Part shown: positions 23,955 through 34,567 of the stretch, piece after piece | Layout of the letters: the number at the start of each line of letters is the position of its first letter | Position numbering within the stretch: position 1 is the stretch's first letter | Source of the DNA: Escherichia virus TH10 | Length of the DNA stretch: 64,000 bases | Sequence record: MT446388.1 | Strand: one strand, 5' to 3' | The notes under the pieces: generated by a model | Seen by the model: only the letters and a program-made list of their open reading frames with translations | What the model was told of the DNA's origin: nothing | The model's database searches: none | Made by a program: the position numbers and the translations under genes

Positions 23955-25556
23955 ATGGACTTAAATGCTGTTAAGCAGAAGCGAGTGGAAGATGTTAGGA
24001 AAGTCCTAGCTGGAGAGTTGGGGCTTTCTGATGAAGTAAAAGAAATTATCAAATCATTCGGTAAAGACCCCTCTAAATTCCTTCCAACTCAAATTCTGAC
24101 TTTATTAAGATACACACCAGACCAAGTTAGACTTATCTTCAAATTGATGACTGATAAGAACTATGTAGCCCCTCAGCCGGGTTCTCAAGAGGTCTTTTTA
24201 AACACTAATGCTGACTTGGTTCTCTATGGTGGTGCTGCTGGTGCTGGTAAGACGGCTGCATTGCTAATGGACTCTTTAAGGTTTATTGATGACCCTAATT
24301 ATAATGCTGTATATTTCCGTCGAAATACAACACAGCTACAAGGTGGTTTGTGGCCTGCTGCAAAGAAACTATTTGGTAAGTTTGGTGGGGTTCCTCACGA
24401 GCAGAAGATGACTATCACATTCCCTTCTGGGGCAACTATCAAGTTTACCTACCTAGAACTTGAAAAGCACGCTGAAGGTCATCAGGGTATTGAATACTCA
24501 GCTATTTACTTTGACGAAGGTACTCACTTCTCTGCTTCACAGATTTCATACCTACAGACTCGTCTGCGTTCTGGGGCTGAAGGTGATTCATACATGAAGA
24601 TTTCTATGAACCCAGACAGAGACCACTTTATTTACGATTGGGTAGAACCATTCTTAGATGAAGAAGGTTACCCAGACCCTGAAAAGTGTGGTCGTATTCG
24701 TTGGTATGTAATGAATGATGGTGTTATGGTTTCTGATTGGGAGAGAGACAAGATTCTTGAAATGTTTCCTCTTGAGATTCCTCAAACATATACATTCATC
24801 TCTGGTACGATTGATGATAACCCAATTCTTGACTTCTTAGAACCAAAATATCGCGGTAAGTTGGAAAACAACACCCCTGTAAACGTTGCAAGACTTCGTT
24901 TCGGTAACTGGAAGGCTCGTGCAGAAGGTTCAAACTATTGGCAAAGACAATGGTGTGAAATTGTTGATTCACTCCCAGAAGATGTATTCGATGTCAGAGC
25001 ATGGGACTTAGCAGCAACTTTACCATCTGAGATTAACCCTAATCCAGACTGGACAGCAGGTGTTAAGATGGGTAAATCTAAAAAAGACGGTTGCTATTAT
25101 ATCATTGATGTAGTAAGATTTAGAGATAGACCCTCTGGAGTCGAAACACAAATTAATTTGACTGCTGAAAGTGACGGTAAGCGAACTGGTATTTTTATCC
25201 CTCAAGACCCAGGCGCTGCTGGTAAATCCTACGCAACATCCCTCATCAGGAAACTTGCCGAGAAAGGTTATCGAGCAAGAGCTAAACCAACAAATAAAGA
25301 CAAAGTTACCCGATTTGCGGGGTTTTCTGCTGCTTCTGAAGCTGGACTTGTAAAAGTCTTGAGAGGTAGTTGGAACGAAGCTTACTTCCAAGAACTTGAA
25401 GGCTTTTGTGGTGATGGTAAAACTAAAGATGACCAAGTGGATGCTACCAGTGATGCTTTCAACAGTCTTAACGAAGTTAAATTATTCAAGCCACCATCAA
25501 TGGGTGCTCACACAGACTTAGTGAGAGGAAACCCATATGAGGGGCTTAGACGTTGA
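23955..25556 (+). CDS. terminase large subunit
   Basis: Walker A LYGGAAGAGKT; about 530 aa; first gene of late module; ATG 23955 after GGAGG. Confidence 0.8.
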   Translation: MDLNAVKQKRVEDVRKVLAGELGLSDEVKEIIKSFGKDPSKFLPTQILTLLRYTPDQVRLIFKLMTDKNYVAPQPGSQEVFLNTNADLVLYGGAAGAGKTAALLMDSLRFIDDPNYNAVYFRRNTTQLQGGLWPAAKKLFGKFGGVPHEQKMTITFPSGATIKFTYLELEKHAEGHQGIEYSAIYFDEGTHFSASQISYLQTRLRSGAEGDSYMKISMNPDRDHFIYDWVEPFLDEEGYPDPEKCGRIRWYVMNDGVMVSDWERDKILEMFPLEIPQTYTFISGTIDDNPILDFLEPKYRGKLENNTPVNVARLRFGNWKARAEGSNYWQRQWCEIVDSLPEDVFDVRAWDLAATLPSEINPNPDWTAGVKMGKSKKDGCYYIIDVVRFRDRPSGVETQINLTAESDGKRTGIFIPQDPGAAGKSYATSLIRKLAEKGYRARAKPTNKDKVTRFAGFSAASEAGLVKVLRGSWNEAYFQELEGFCGDGKTKDDQVDATSDAFNSLNEVKLFKPPSMGAHTDLVRGNPYEGLRR

Positions 25557-25572
25557 TAGCTAGGTGAGAAGA

Positions 25573-27039
25573 ATGGCAGAAATTACAGAAACACAAGAAA
25601 GCTTACCACCATTTAGAATGGGTGAAGTAGGTTCTTTGGGTCTGAAGGTTAAGAATGGAAGAATCTATGAAGAACCTCGTCAGGCACTAAGGTTCCCTGA
25701 AAGTATTAAAACTTTCCAATTAATGATGCGTGACCCTGCTGTAGCAGCATCTGTAAATATTATCAAGATGTTTGTCAGAAAAGTCAACTGGAGATTCGTA
25801 CCTCCAAAGGGAAAAGAGCAAGACCCTAAAATGCTTGAAAGAGCAGACTTCTTTAATTCTTTAATGGATGACATGGAGCATGATTGGGCAGATTTTATTA
25901 ACTCTGTAATGTCATTCTGCACTTATGGGTTCTGTGTTAACGAGAAAGTTTATAAGAAGCGACAGGGTAAAAAAGGAAAGTACCAGTCAAAATTTGATGA
26001 TGGTCTCATTGGATGGGCTAAATTACCAATCAGAAACCAATCAACACTTGATAAGTGGTATTTTGACGAAGACTTTAGAAAAGTTACTGGTGTTAGACAG
26101 AATCTGAGAAATGTTTCACATATTGCTGGAGCAATTAATCTTGGAGAAAGACCGCTAACAAGAAAACTTCCACGAGCTAAATTCATGCTGTTTAAGTATG
26201 ATGATGAATATGGAAACCCAGAAGGTCGTTCACCATTACTTAATGCCTATGTACCGTGGAAGTATAAAGTTCAGATTGAAGAGTACGAAGCTGTTGGTGT
26301 TTCAAGAGACTTGGTAGGTATGCCAAAAATTGGTTTACCACCAGATTATCTGGATGAAAATGCAGAACCTGAAAAGAAAGCTTTCGTACAATACTGCAAA
26401 ACTGTTGTTAACGATATGATTGCTAATGATAGAGCAGGTTTAATCTGGCCTAGATATATCGACCCAGATACTAAAGAGGATATTTTCGAGTTCTCATTAG
26501 TTTCTAGACAGGGTGCTAAAGCATACGATACAGGTTCTATTATTGATAGATATTCCAAGCAGATTATGATGGCATTTATGTCAGATGTTCTTGCTATGGG
26601 TCAGTCAAAATATGGTTCATTCTCTCTTGCAGATTCTAAGACAAGCTTACTAGCAATGTCAGTAGATATTCTGCTTAAGCAGATTAAGAACGTAATTAAC
26701 CGTGATTTAGTTGCACAGACTTATGTTCTTAATATGTGGGACGATGAAGAACATGTACAAATCACTTATGATGATATCGAAACTCCAGACCTTGAAGCAA
26801 TTGGTTCTTATATCCAGAAGACTGTTGCAGTAGGTGCTTTGGAAGTTGACAAAGAGCTATCTAACAAGCTTAGAGAGCATATTGGTCTCCCTCCTGCTGA
26901 TGAGTCTCAGCCAGTATCTGAAAAGCTTTCTCCAAATAGTCAAAGCCGTTCAGGAGATGGTTATAAGACCGCTGGAGAAGGTACTGCAAAGACACCTTCA
27001 GCGAAAGACCCAAGCACAGCAAATAAGGCAAATAAATAA
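25573..27039 (+). CDS. putative portal protein
   Basis: about 490-aa ORF immediately after terminase; conserved gene order only. Confidence 0.6.
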   Translation: MAEITETQESLPPFRMGEVGSLGLKVKNGRIYEEPRQALRFPESIKTFQLMMRDPAVAASVNIIKMFVRKVNWRFVPPKGKEQDPKMLERADFFNSLMDDMEHDWADFINSVMSFCTYGFCVNEKVYKKRQGKKGKYQSKFDDGLIGWAKLPIRNQSTLDKWYFDEDFRKVTGVRQNLRNVSHIAGAINLGERPLTRKLPRAKFMLFKYDDEYGNPEGRSPLLNAYVPWKYKVQIEEYEAVGVSRDLVGMPKIGLPPDYLDENAEPEKKAFVQYCKTVVNDMIANDRAGLIWPRYIDPDTKEDIFEFSLVSRQGAKAYDTGSIIDRYSKQIMMAFMSDVLAMGQSKYGSFSLADSKTSLLAMSVDILLKQIKNVINRDLVAQTYVLNMWDDEEHVQITYDDIETPDLEAIGSYIQKTVAVGALEVDKELSNKLREHIGLPPADESQPVSEKLSPNSQSRSGDGYKTAGEGTAKTPSAKDPSTANKANK

Positions 27040-27539
27040 TGGCTGAAGTTATCTCTATTTCAAATGCTACACGAGTGCATTCGTATAGAGGTGTTCTTAT
27101 CATTACTGACAAATTATCTGTAGAGGCTGGCTCAAGGGTCAGCCTTTCAGGCTATGTAAGTGATGGTGGAACCTCTGACGTTTTCACTATTTGCAGGTTA
27201 CTTGATGCTCCAATGAGTGGAAAACCGTTTATTTCAGGAAATTGTAGTGAAATTGTTAAAATTCCATTTGACAGTTCATGCCTTTTGGGTGTAAAGTTAT
27301 ATAACTGCGAGAATAAACGTATCAATGTTAATAGCATTGAAGCTGCTTTCATTACCCTCGACACTGCATTTCAATCTCCAATGACAGTTAATAAAGAAAC
27401 AAACAGACTTGAGTACATTTTTTCACAAAATGATTACAAAGTACTTGTCAAAGGTAAAGTATATGATATGATTGTAAATGTGGTAGATGAATCTGGTAAC
27501 CATTCAACAGTCCTTAAACAAAAAGTAAGGTTTAATTAA
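27039..27539 (+). CDS. hypothetical head-module protein (166 aa)
   Basis: ORF between portal and protease. Confidence 0.5.
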   Translation: MAEVISISNATRVHSYRGVLIITDKLSVEAGSRVSLSGYVSDGGTSDVFTICRLLDAPMSGKPFISGNCSEIVKIPFDSSCLLGVKLYNCENKRINVNSIEAAFITLDTAFQSPMTVNKETNRLEYIFSQNDYKVLVKGKVYDMIVNVVDESGNHSTVLKQKVRFN

Positions 27540-27871
27540 TGGGAACATTAACTATTGATGGTAAGAATAAAATCCTCGCCACGCTAACCCCAACGACTAT
27601 TATTTTACACAATGTAGACCCAACGGCAGACCCTACAGCAAATAAGGTTACTCAGCCAGTGGCTATTTATTTTTCTGAACCGGATAATGGCTTAATTACC
27701 TCAGAAGATACAGTTAATATTACTGTTCCAGCTTCTGCAACGGTCTCACACTATAGCTTGTGGGATGCTAACGATAAATGCGTGGCAACTGGTGCTCTTA
27801 GCAAACCTCAATTCTTTGCTGAAGAAGGTATCTATGTTATCTCTTCAGTCTCTGTAGATTTAAACAAATAG
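27539..27871 (+). CDS. hypothetical head-module protein (110 aa)
   Basis: ORF with ATGA stop/start overlap. Confidence 0.5.
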   Translation: MGTLTIDGKNKILATLTPTTIILHNVDPTADPTANKVTQPVAIYFSEPDNGLITSEDTVNITVPASATVSHYSLWDANDKCVATGALSKPQFFAEEGIYVISSVSVDLNK

Positions 27872-27882
27872 GGTGAGTAAAA

Positions 27883-29229
27883 ATGAGTTCGAATATCTTC
27901 AGACTTGCTGATAGATTATTCAACCAACCTTTACTAGCCACTGAATCATTAGCTCACTCAGCAGCAACTTATGTGAATAACAGATTGCTGGGTGATGTCC
28001 AAGCAGCAGTAAACTTTGATAAACCCAAAGGCGAAGCAAGAAGTCTTTTAAAAGTAAAAGATGACATTGCTATTATCCCTATTATGGGTGGTTTAACCCA
28101 TCGTATGACATTCATTGATGCAATGTGTACAGGTGGATTAAGCTCTTATGAAGGTTTGCGTAGAGGCTTTGACGAAGCTTTAGCAGATGAGTCAATCAAG
28201 ACTATTGTTCTGCACATCGATTCTGGTGGTGGTGAAGCTTCAGGTTGCTTTGAATTAGCACGTCACATTATGGCTTCAAGAGGCCAAAAGAAAATTATTG
28301 CCTATGTAGATGAGTTCGCTTGTTCCGCTGCATATGCTCTTGCATCTTCTGCTGAAGAAATTATTGCATCACCAGATGCAGATGTTGGTTCTATTGGTGT
28401 AATTATGGTTCATCAGGAATTAACTAAGGCATTTGAAAAGAATGGCGTAACAATTAACGTCATCAAAGCTGGTGAGTTTAAAGGTATGGGTTCACCATTC
28501 CAAGCACTCTCAGAAGAAAGCAAAGAAAGACTTCAAAAGAGAATTAATGATACCTACGCAACCTTTACAGGTTTTGTAGCCGAATCTCGTAATCTCTCTG
28601 AAGAAGCTGTAAAGAATACTGAGGCGAATGTTTATTCTGCTCAGGAAGCTCTTGAACTTGGTTTAATTAACTCAATCATGTCTCAAGATGATTTCTTAAA
28701 TTACTTACAAGGTTCTGAAGAGGCTCCTGTAAGTTTAAACGTTAACAATTCAGGTGAAGAAATGACTGAACAAGAAAAGCAAGAACTAGAAGCTTTGCGT
28801 CTTCAGGTTGCTCAAATGAAAGCTAAAGAACAGGAAGCTGCTTTGTCAGATTTGACTAATAAGATTTCTGCTTCTGCTGAAGCTTTTGGGTTTGATGCAA
28901 AAGAAGCTGCAACGACTATTTTAGGTGCTGGTCTTGATAACCCTCTGAGCGTTCTGTTTATGAATGCTATGGAAGGTGCTAACCAGAAACTTAATGAAAC
29001 TATCGCGTCCCATGCTTCTGCAATGGAAGAAAAAGAATCAGAAATTACCAAGCTGAAAGAAACTGCTGGTGCTGTTCTTGAACATTCCAACGCTATGGAA
29101 GAAATGGGTAATGACGGCGAAGCTGATTTGGTTGAAGAAGAAAAAGAACCAGCTAAGAATGCTTCCGAAGACACCGCTGAACAACGCAAACTGGCTCTCC
29201 AGAATGCTCTAAAATCTCTTATTAAATAA
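27883..29229 (+). CDS. prohead protease (S49/SppA-like) fused to scaffold-like coiled-coil domain
   Basis: LHIDSGGGEA and FACSAAYALAS motifs typical of S49 peptidases; Glu/Ala/Lys-rich C-terminal half. Confidence 0.75.
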   Translation: MSSNIFRLADRLFNQPLLATESLAHSAATYVNNRLLGDVQAAVNFDKPKGEARSLLKVKDDIAIIPIMGGLTHRMTFIDAMCTGGLSSYEGLRRGFDEALADESIKTIVLHIDSGGGEASGCFELARHIMASRGQKKIIAYVDEFACSAAYALASSAEEIIASPDADVGSIGVIMVHQELTKAFEKNGVTINVIKAGEFKGMGSPFQALSEESKERLQKRINDTYATFTGFVAESRNLSEEAVKNTEANVYSAQEALELGLINSIMSQDDFLNYLQGSEEAPVSLNVNNSGEEMTEQEKQELEALRLQVAQMKAKEQEAALSDLTNKISASAEAFGFDAKEAATTILGAGLDNPLSVLFMNAMEGANQKLNETIASHASAMEEKESEITKLKETAGAVLEHSNAMEEMGNDGEADLVEEEKEPAKNASEDTAEQRKLALQNALKSLIK

Positions 29230-29240
29230 GGAACACAATA

Positions 29241-29618
29241 ATGGCATATGAAGGTTTTACTAAGCTAGGTAAAAGAGAACCTCTGAATGATATCATTCTT
29301 TGGGAACAGGTTACCCCAACAGGCCACTCTCGTAAAGAGTACACTCCAGTTGCTTCAACAGAATACCGTGTAGGTGAAGTTCTGAAAGCAGATGGTACTA
29401 AAGTTGCAGCAGGGGAAGAAACTCAGGCTGATTCTGTATGTATCGTTAACTTTTATGCAGACCTGCAACTGTCTTACCACGGTCAGTTGAAAGTTGTTGG
29501 TATTTACCGCGACGCAGAACTAAAAGACCTGCTTACTCTTGAATCAGGTGTTGATGCTGCCGCAGTCAAGACAGCTCTGGCTGCTAAAGGTATCGATTTC
29601 GTACCAACTGGCCTGTAA
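29241..29618 (+). CDS. putative head decoration protein (125 aa)
   Basis: small ORF between protease and capsid gene; position only. Confidence 0.45.
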   Translation: MAYEGFTKLGKREPLNDIILWEQVTPTGHSRKEYTPVASTEYRVGEVLKADGTKVAAGEETQADSVCIVNFYADLQLSYHGQLKVVGIYRDAELKDLLTLESGVDAAAVKTALAAKGIDFVPTGL

Positions 29619-29651
29619 TAACAATAATAAGACATTCTGGAGAATTTTACA

Positions 29652-30755
29652 ATGTTGACTAATTCTGAAAAAAGCAGATTTTTCCTTGCTGACCTGACTG
29701 GTGAAGTCCAGTCTATCCCAAATACTTATGGGTATATTTCCAACTTAGGTCTGTTCCGTTCAGCACCAATCACCCAAACTACTTTCCTTATGGACTTGAC
29801 TGATTGGGATGTTAGCTTGCTTGATGCGGTAGACCGTGATAGCCGTAAAGCAGAGACTAGCGCACCTGAGCGTGTTCGTCAAATCAGCTTCCCAATGATG
29901 TACTTCAAAGAAGTTGAAAGCATCACTCCTGATGAAATTCAGGGTGTACGTCAGCCAGGCACTGCAAACGAACTGACTACTGAAGCTGTAGTACGTGCTA
30001 AGAAACTGATGAAGATTCGTACCAAGTTCGATATTACTCGTGAGTTCCTGTTTATGCAAGCTCTGAAGGGTAAAGTTGTTGATGCTCGTGGTACTCTGTA
30101 TGCTGACCTGTACAAGCAGTTCGACGTTGAGAAGAAAACTGTTTACTTCGACCTTGACAACCCTAATGCTGACATCGACGCTTCTATTGAAGAACTGCGT
30201 ATGCACATGGAAGACGAAGCTAAGACTGGCACTGTAATCAACGGTGAAGAAATTCACGTAGTTGTTGACCGTGTATTCTTCAGCAAACTGGTTAAGCATC
30301 CTAAGATTCGTGACGCTTATCTTGCACAGCAGACCCCACTGGCTTGGCAACAGATTACTGGTTCTCTGAGAACTGGTGGTACTGATGGAGTTCAGGCTCA
30401 CATGAACACCTTCTACTACGGTGGTGTTAAGTTTGTCCAGTACAACGGTAAGTTCAAAGACAAGCGTGGTAAGGTTCATACTCTGGTGAGCATTGATGGT
30501 GCTGGTGCAGAGGTTGGTGTAGGACACGCTTTCCCTAACGTTTCTATGCTTGGTGAAGCAAACAACATCTTCGAAGTGGCTTATGGCCCATGTCCTAAGA
30601 TGGGTTACGCAAATACACTTGGTCAGGAACTATACGTATTCGAATACGAAAAAGACCGTGACGAAGGTATTGACTTTGAAGCTCACTCTTACATGCTGCC
30701 ATACTGTACTCGTCCTCAGTTGCTGGTAGATGTTCGCGCTGACGCTCAAGGCTAA
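29652..30755 (+). CDS. putative major capsid protein (367 aa)
   Basis: strong AGGAG RBS; position after protease/decoration genes; highly expressed-type codon usage. Confidence 0.65.
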   Translation: MLTNSEKSRFFLADLTGEVQSIPNTYGYISNLGLFRSAPITQTTFLMDLTDWDVSLLDAVDRDSRKAETSAPERVRQISFPMMYFKEVESITPDEIQGVRQPGTANELTTEAVVRAKKLMKIRTKFDITREFLFMQALKGKVVDARGTLYADLYKQFDVEKKTVYFDLDNPNADIDASIEELRMHMEDEAKTGTVINGEEIHVVVDRVFFSKLVKHPKIRDAYLAQQTPLAWQQITGSLRTGGTDGVQAHMNTFYYGGVKFVQYNGKFKDKRGKVHTLVSIDGAGAEVGVGHAFPNVSMLGEANNIFEVAYGPCPKMGYANTLGQELYVFEYEKDRDEGIDFEAHSYMLPYCTRPQLLVDVRADAQG

Positions 30756-30776
30756 TATTCTTAAGGAGGGTTATGA

Positions 30777-31226
30777 ATGTGTTATACAGGCAACCCAGCC
30801 AATAACCCTCTTGATAGAGTAAGAATCCTCTGCACAGACACCAATAATGATGAAATTCTTATTGAACAGTCTGTGCTAGAGTGGTTCTATCTAGAATCTG
30901 GAAAGGATGAAAAGAAAGCAGCCATCAAAGCTCTTAAATATTTACTCTTTCAAGTAGCCAAGATGGGAGATGAGAAGGTTGGTGGTGTTTATTTACGTAA
31001 CTCTTCCAGATTCAAATCTCTGAAAGCTGTTTATGACGACCTTGTTAAAAGCTCTGTTTCAGGACTACCCTATGCAGGTGGTATTAATCAGTGTGACATT
31101 GATATGCGTCGTCAGAATCCTTGCTCTGTCAAGAAATACACAGAATATGGTGATGCTGCCAGATACGAAGGCAGAGATTACTGCAACCGTGTTAATGGCG
31201 TATTTATTATCGAGCGAGATGAATAA
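30777..31226 (+). CDS. hypothetical head-tail joining protein (149 aa)
   Basis: position. Confidence 0.45.
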   Translation: MCYTGNPANNPLDRVRILCTDTNNDEILIEQSVLEWFYLESGKDEKKAAIKALKYLLFQVAKMGDEKVGGVYLRNSSRFKSLKAVYDDLVKSSVSGLPYAGGINQCDIDMRRQNPCSVKKYTEYGDAARYEGRDYCNRVNGVFIIERDE

Positions 31227-31708
31227 TGGTTAAAAGGGTTATTCACCCCGCTAGAGCAAAATTAGTCGGGGCTATGAAGAACTTGCAAACGGCTAATGCT
31301 CAAGTTGGGTATTTTCAAGAACAAGGTCAACATAGCTCTGGTTTTTCTTATCCTGCTTTAATGTATTTACAAGAGGTTATTGGGGTTCCTTCAGCTTCTG
31401 GTAAAGTATATCGTAGGTTGTTTGAAATCACTATGATGCTAAACAAACAGACCTTGTTAGAGCAGACTAAGAAGAATCTATATAAGCAACTTAGCAGTCT
31501 CAATACAGACCCTTCAAATACCTTAGAAGCATTTGCAAAGAATGCTCAAAAGGCAATTAAAAGAGGTTTTGGTAATTCTGCTATCCTCCCTCCTAACGCA
31601 CCTTCCACAGTCAAGAAAAAAGGCTTTAATGCACCTCTTGTTGAGACAGGTGACTTAAGGGATAACCTTGCTTATAAAATTTCTACTAAGAAGGGTATTA
31701 AAAAATGA
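31226..31708 (+). CDS. hypothetical head-tail joining protein (160 aa)
   Basis: position. Confidence 0.45.
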   Translation: MVKRVIHPARAKLVGAMKNLQTANAQVGYFQEQGQHSSGFSYPALMYLQEVIGVPSASGKVYRRLFEITMMLNKQTLLEQTKKNLYKQLSSLNTDPSNTLEAFAKNAQKAIKRGFGNSAILPPNAPSTVKKKGFNAPLVETGDLRDNLAYKISTKKGIKK

Positions 31709-32106
31709 GGCTCTTAAACAGACACAGCTTTGTAGTAAAGCGTAAAGTCTCTGAAGACGGTTATTATAATGATGATGGTGATTGGGTAGCTTCACAAGAT
31801 ATTGTTGAGGTTAACTGTAAAGGTAATATCCAGCCATACATCAAAGGTTCTGTAAAGAATGGTACACAGATTGCTTTACCGGAAGGTATTAGGCTAACCG
31901 ATACAAGAATCCTGTATACCACATATAAACTTAGAACTTCAGATGATGTAGAGTGGAATGAGTCTGACATTGTTATGATTGATGGTCATGAGTATGAAGT
32001 ATTTATGACTATGGATTGGTCACAGCAATTAGCCCATACGTCCCATTATGAATATATCATTATTAGAAGGGATAAAATGAATGCAGTTAGAAACAGCAGA
32101 ACTTGA
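31705..32106 (+). CDS. hypothetical head-tail joining protein (133 aa)
   Basis: position. Confidence 0.45.
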   Translation: MRLLNRHSFVVKRKVSEDGYYNDDGDWVASQDIVEVNCKGNIQPYIKGSVKNGTQIALPEGIRLTDTRILYTTYKLRTSDDVEWNESDIVMIDGHEYEVFMTMDWSQQLAHTSHYEYIIIRRDKMNAVRNSRT

Positions 32107-32680
32107 AAAAGGTCTAGTTAGAACCTTAGTGGATGTTATTGGTCACAGACTAGCTCGTGATAAAAATAATAGGCCAAACGTAATTAGAGCTTACCCTTCT
32201 GATAACTCAAATGACAAAGGTTTAAAACCTGACCAGCCATTTATTACCGTATATTGTCAAGATGCTGCAACACCTTATGGTTGGGTTCTTGATAAGTTTG
32301 TTGAGGATGATGTAGTTTGCTACAGAATTGCTTTTCAGATTCCAGTGTTAATTACGGTGAATGGTAAAGGTGCTCACAGTATTATGCTTGAGCTTAAACA
32401 ACGATTAGAGATGAGTTCAGTCAGAGATTTAATCCTTGAAGAAACAGGAGCTACAGTACTAGACACTGGAGCAATCCCTAATGATTACACTTATCTCAAT
32501 ACAGATTTCGAAAATTCTGCACCTCTTGTTGTAACTCTTGTAAAAAACTCAGTCCTGAAAGATGAACGTGGAAGTATTATTGAGCGTGTCATTGTTGATG
32601 GTGAGTTAGTTTATGAAGAAGGACAAGAGCCACCAGAATATACTATCCATCTAGATGTAGACTCCAAAGGGGTAAAATAA
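32081..32680 (+). CDS. hypothetical tail completion/terminator protein (199 aa)
   Basis: position upstream of sheath. Confidence 0.45.
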   Translation: MQLETAELEKGLVRTLVDVIGHRLARDKNNRPNVIRAYPSDNSNDKGLKPDQPFITVYCQDAATPYGWVLDKFVEDDVVCYRIAFQIPVLITVNGKGAHSIMLELKQRLEMSSVRDLILEETGATVLDTGAIPNDYTYLNTDFENSAPLVVTLVKNSVLKDERGSIIERVIVDGELVYEEGQEPPEYTIHLDVDSKGVK

Positions 32681-34033
32681 ATGTGGAATCCAATTGTTAA
32701 TGTAGATATTACATTGAACACCGCAGGAACTACAAGAGAAGGTTTTGGTTTGCCACTATTCTTAGCTTCAACAGATAACTTTGAAGAAAGAGTGCGTGGT
32801 TATACTTCCTTAACTGAAGTTGCTGAAGATTTCGATGAGAAGTCTGCTGCATATAAGGCTGCTAAACAACTTTGGAGTCAAACTCCTAAAGTAACTCAGC
32901 TTTATATTGGTAGACGTGCTATGCAGTACACTGTATCAATTCCTGATGCCGTTACCGAAAGTACAGACTACTCAATTACTGTAGCTGTCGGTGGGGGAAT
33001 GTCACAACCATTCCAGTACACCTCACAAGGTGAAGATACTGCCGAGAATGTATTACAACAGTTTAAAACACAGATTGAAGCTGACCAATCAATTAAAGAT
33101 AAAGTTTCAGTCAATGTTACTGGTAGCAACGGTTCTGCCACAATGATTATTACCAAAGCTGGTGATAATGATTTTGTGAAAGTAACAACCACAGCACAGA
33201 CTGTGTATATTGCAAGCACAACTGCTGATACAGCATCAACTGCTCTGGCAGCTATTGAAGCTTATTCTACCGACTGGTATTTCATTGCAGCAGAAGACAG
33301 AACTCAACAGTTTGTCTTAGCAATGGCTTCTGAAATTCAGGCTCGTAAAAAGATTTTCTTCACGGCTAACTCTGATGTAACAGCACTACAAGGGACAGAA
33401 CTAGCTAGTGCAAATGATGTTCCAGCACAACTCTCTAAGGGTATGTACACCCGCACAGTTTGCTTGTGGCATCACACAGCAGCAGAAGACTATCCAGAGA
33501 TGGCATACATTGCTTATGGTGCTCCATACGATGCAGGGTCAATTGCTTGGGGTAATGCTCAGTTGACTGGTGTAGCGGCTTCTCTACAGCCAGCTAATAA
33601 GAGACCTCTGACAAGTATTCAGAAGTCAGCTTTAGATGCGCGTCACTGTAACTTTATTGACCTTGATGGTGGTGTTCCAGTGGTTCGTAGAGGGATTACT
33701 TCTGGTGGGGAATGGATTGATATCATCCGTGGTGTTGACTGGCTAGAATCAGACCTGAAAACTTCTCTGAGAGACTTGCTAATTAACCAGAAGGGTGGTA
33801 AGATTACTTATGATGATACTGGTATTACCCGTATTCGTCAAGTCATTGAAACCTCTCTACAAAGAGCAGTCAACAGAAACTTCCTGTCATCTTACACAGT
33901 TAATGTTCCTAAAGCCTCTCAAGTTGCTTTGGCAGACAAGAAAGCTCGTATCCTGAAAGATGTTACCTTCGCAGGTATCTTAGCAGGGGCTATCTTGGAT
34001 GTTGACTTGAAAGGTACAGTGGCTTACGAATAA
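32681..34033 (+). CDS. putative tail sheath protein (450 aa)
   Basis: size and position: followed by about 150-aa tube-like gene, chaperone pair and tape measure. Confidence 0.55.
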   Translation: MWNPIVNVDITLNTAGTTREGFGLPLFLASTDNFEERVRGYTSLTEVAEDFDEKSAAYKAAKQLWSQTPKVTQLYIGRRAMQYTVSIPDAVTESTDYSITVAVGGGMSQPFQYTSQGEDTAENVLQQFKTQIEADQSIKDKVSVNVTGSNGSATMIITKAGDNDFVKVTTTAQTVYIASTTADTASTALAAIEAYSTDWYFIAAEDRTQQFVLAMASEIQARKKIFFTANSDVTALQGTELASANDVPAQLSKGMYTRTVCLWHHTAAEDYPEMAYIAYGAPYDAGSIAWGNAQLTGVAASLQPANKRPLTSIQKSALDARHCNFIDLDGGVPVVRRGITSGGEWIDIIRGVDWLESDLKTSLRDLLINQKGGKITYDDTGITRIRQVIETSLQRAVNRNFLSSYTVNVPKASQVALADKKARILKDVTFAGILAGAILDVDLKGTVAYE

Positions 34034-34048
34034 TAGAGGTAAATTGGA

Positions 34049-34495
34049 ATGGCTATGTATCAGCAATATTCCCCTAAAGACGTTGTATGTAGCTGGAATG
34101 GTATTGCCATTGAAGGCTTTGCCCCAGACTCATTTTTACGTCTACAGAGAACATCACCACTTGTGACACCAGTTGTTGGGGCAGGTGGTCAAGTTGCTCT
34201 GACAAGAAATGCAGACAAGACAGGTACTATTGAGATTGAGCTAATGCAGACTTCTCTCTCTAACCAGATGCTTTCTGCAATTCAAGCTAAACAAGACAAC
34301 ATGGAACTTGAAGAAGATATCTCTTCTAACTTCGTAATCTACGACCCATCAGGCTCTGTTCTGGCAACTGGTATTAATGCTTGGTTGCAGGAATTACCAC
34401 AGATTGAACTTGGGCGTGACCAGAACTCTAAAACTTGGATTTTTGGTTGTGAGAAGCTAGACTACACTTCTACAATTCCAGCGTCAAGTGTTTAA
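34049..34495 (+). CDS. putative tail tube protein (148 aa)
   Basis: size/position; followed by strong terminator. Confidence 0.5.
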   Translation: MAMYQQYSPKDVVCSWNGIAIEGFAPDSFLRLQRTSPLVTPVVGAGGQVALTRNADKTGTIEIELMQTSLSNQMLSAIQAKQDNMELEEDISSNFVIYDPSGSVLATGINAWLQELPQIELGRDQNSKTWIFGCEKLDYTSTIPASSV

Positions 34496-34507
34496 TAAAT
34501 CCTATAA

Positions 34508-34540
34508 GGGGGAGACTTTAAAAGGTCTTCCCCTTTTTTG
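34508..34540 (+). terminator. rho-independent terminator
   Basis: GGGGGAGAC..GGTCTTCCCC 9-bp stem followed by TTTTTT. Confidence 0.65.
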
Positions 34541-34567
34541 TTTCTTTTAAAGTATTAAGGAATCACA

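Noticed and set aside
29760-30527. 255-aa minus-strand ORF inside the capsid gene
   Set aside because: Antisense shadow ORF of a strongly supported + strand structural gene; no RBS and it would break the late operon.
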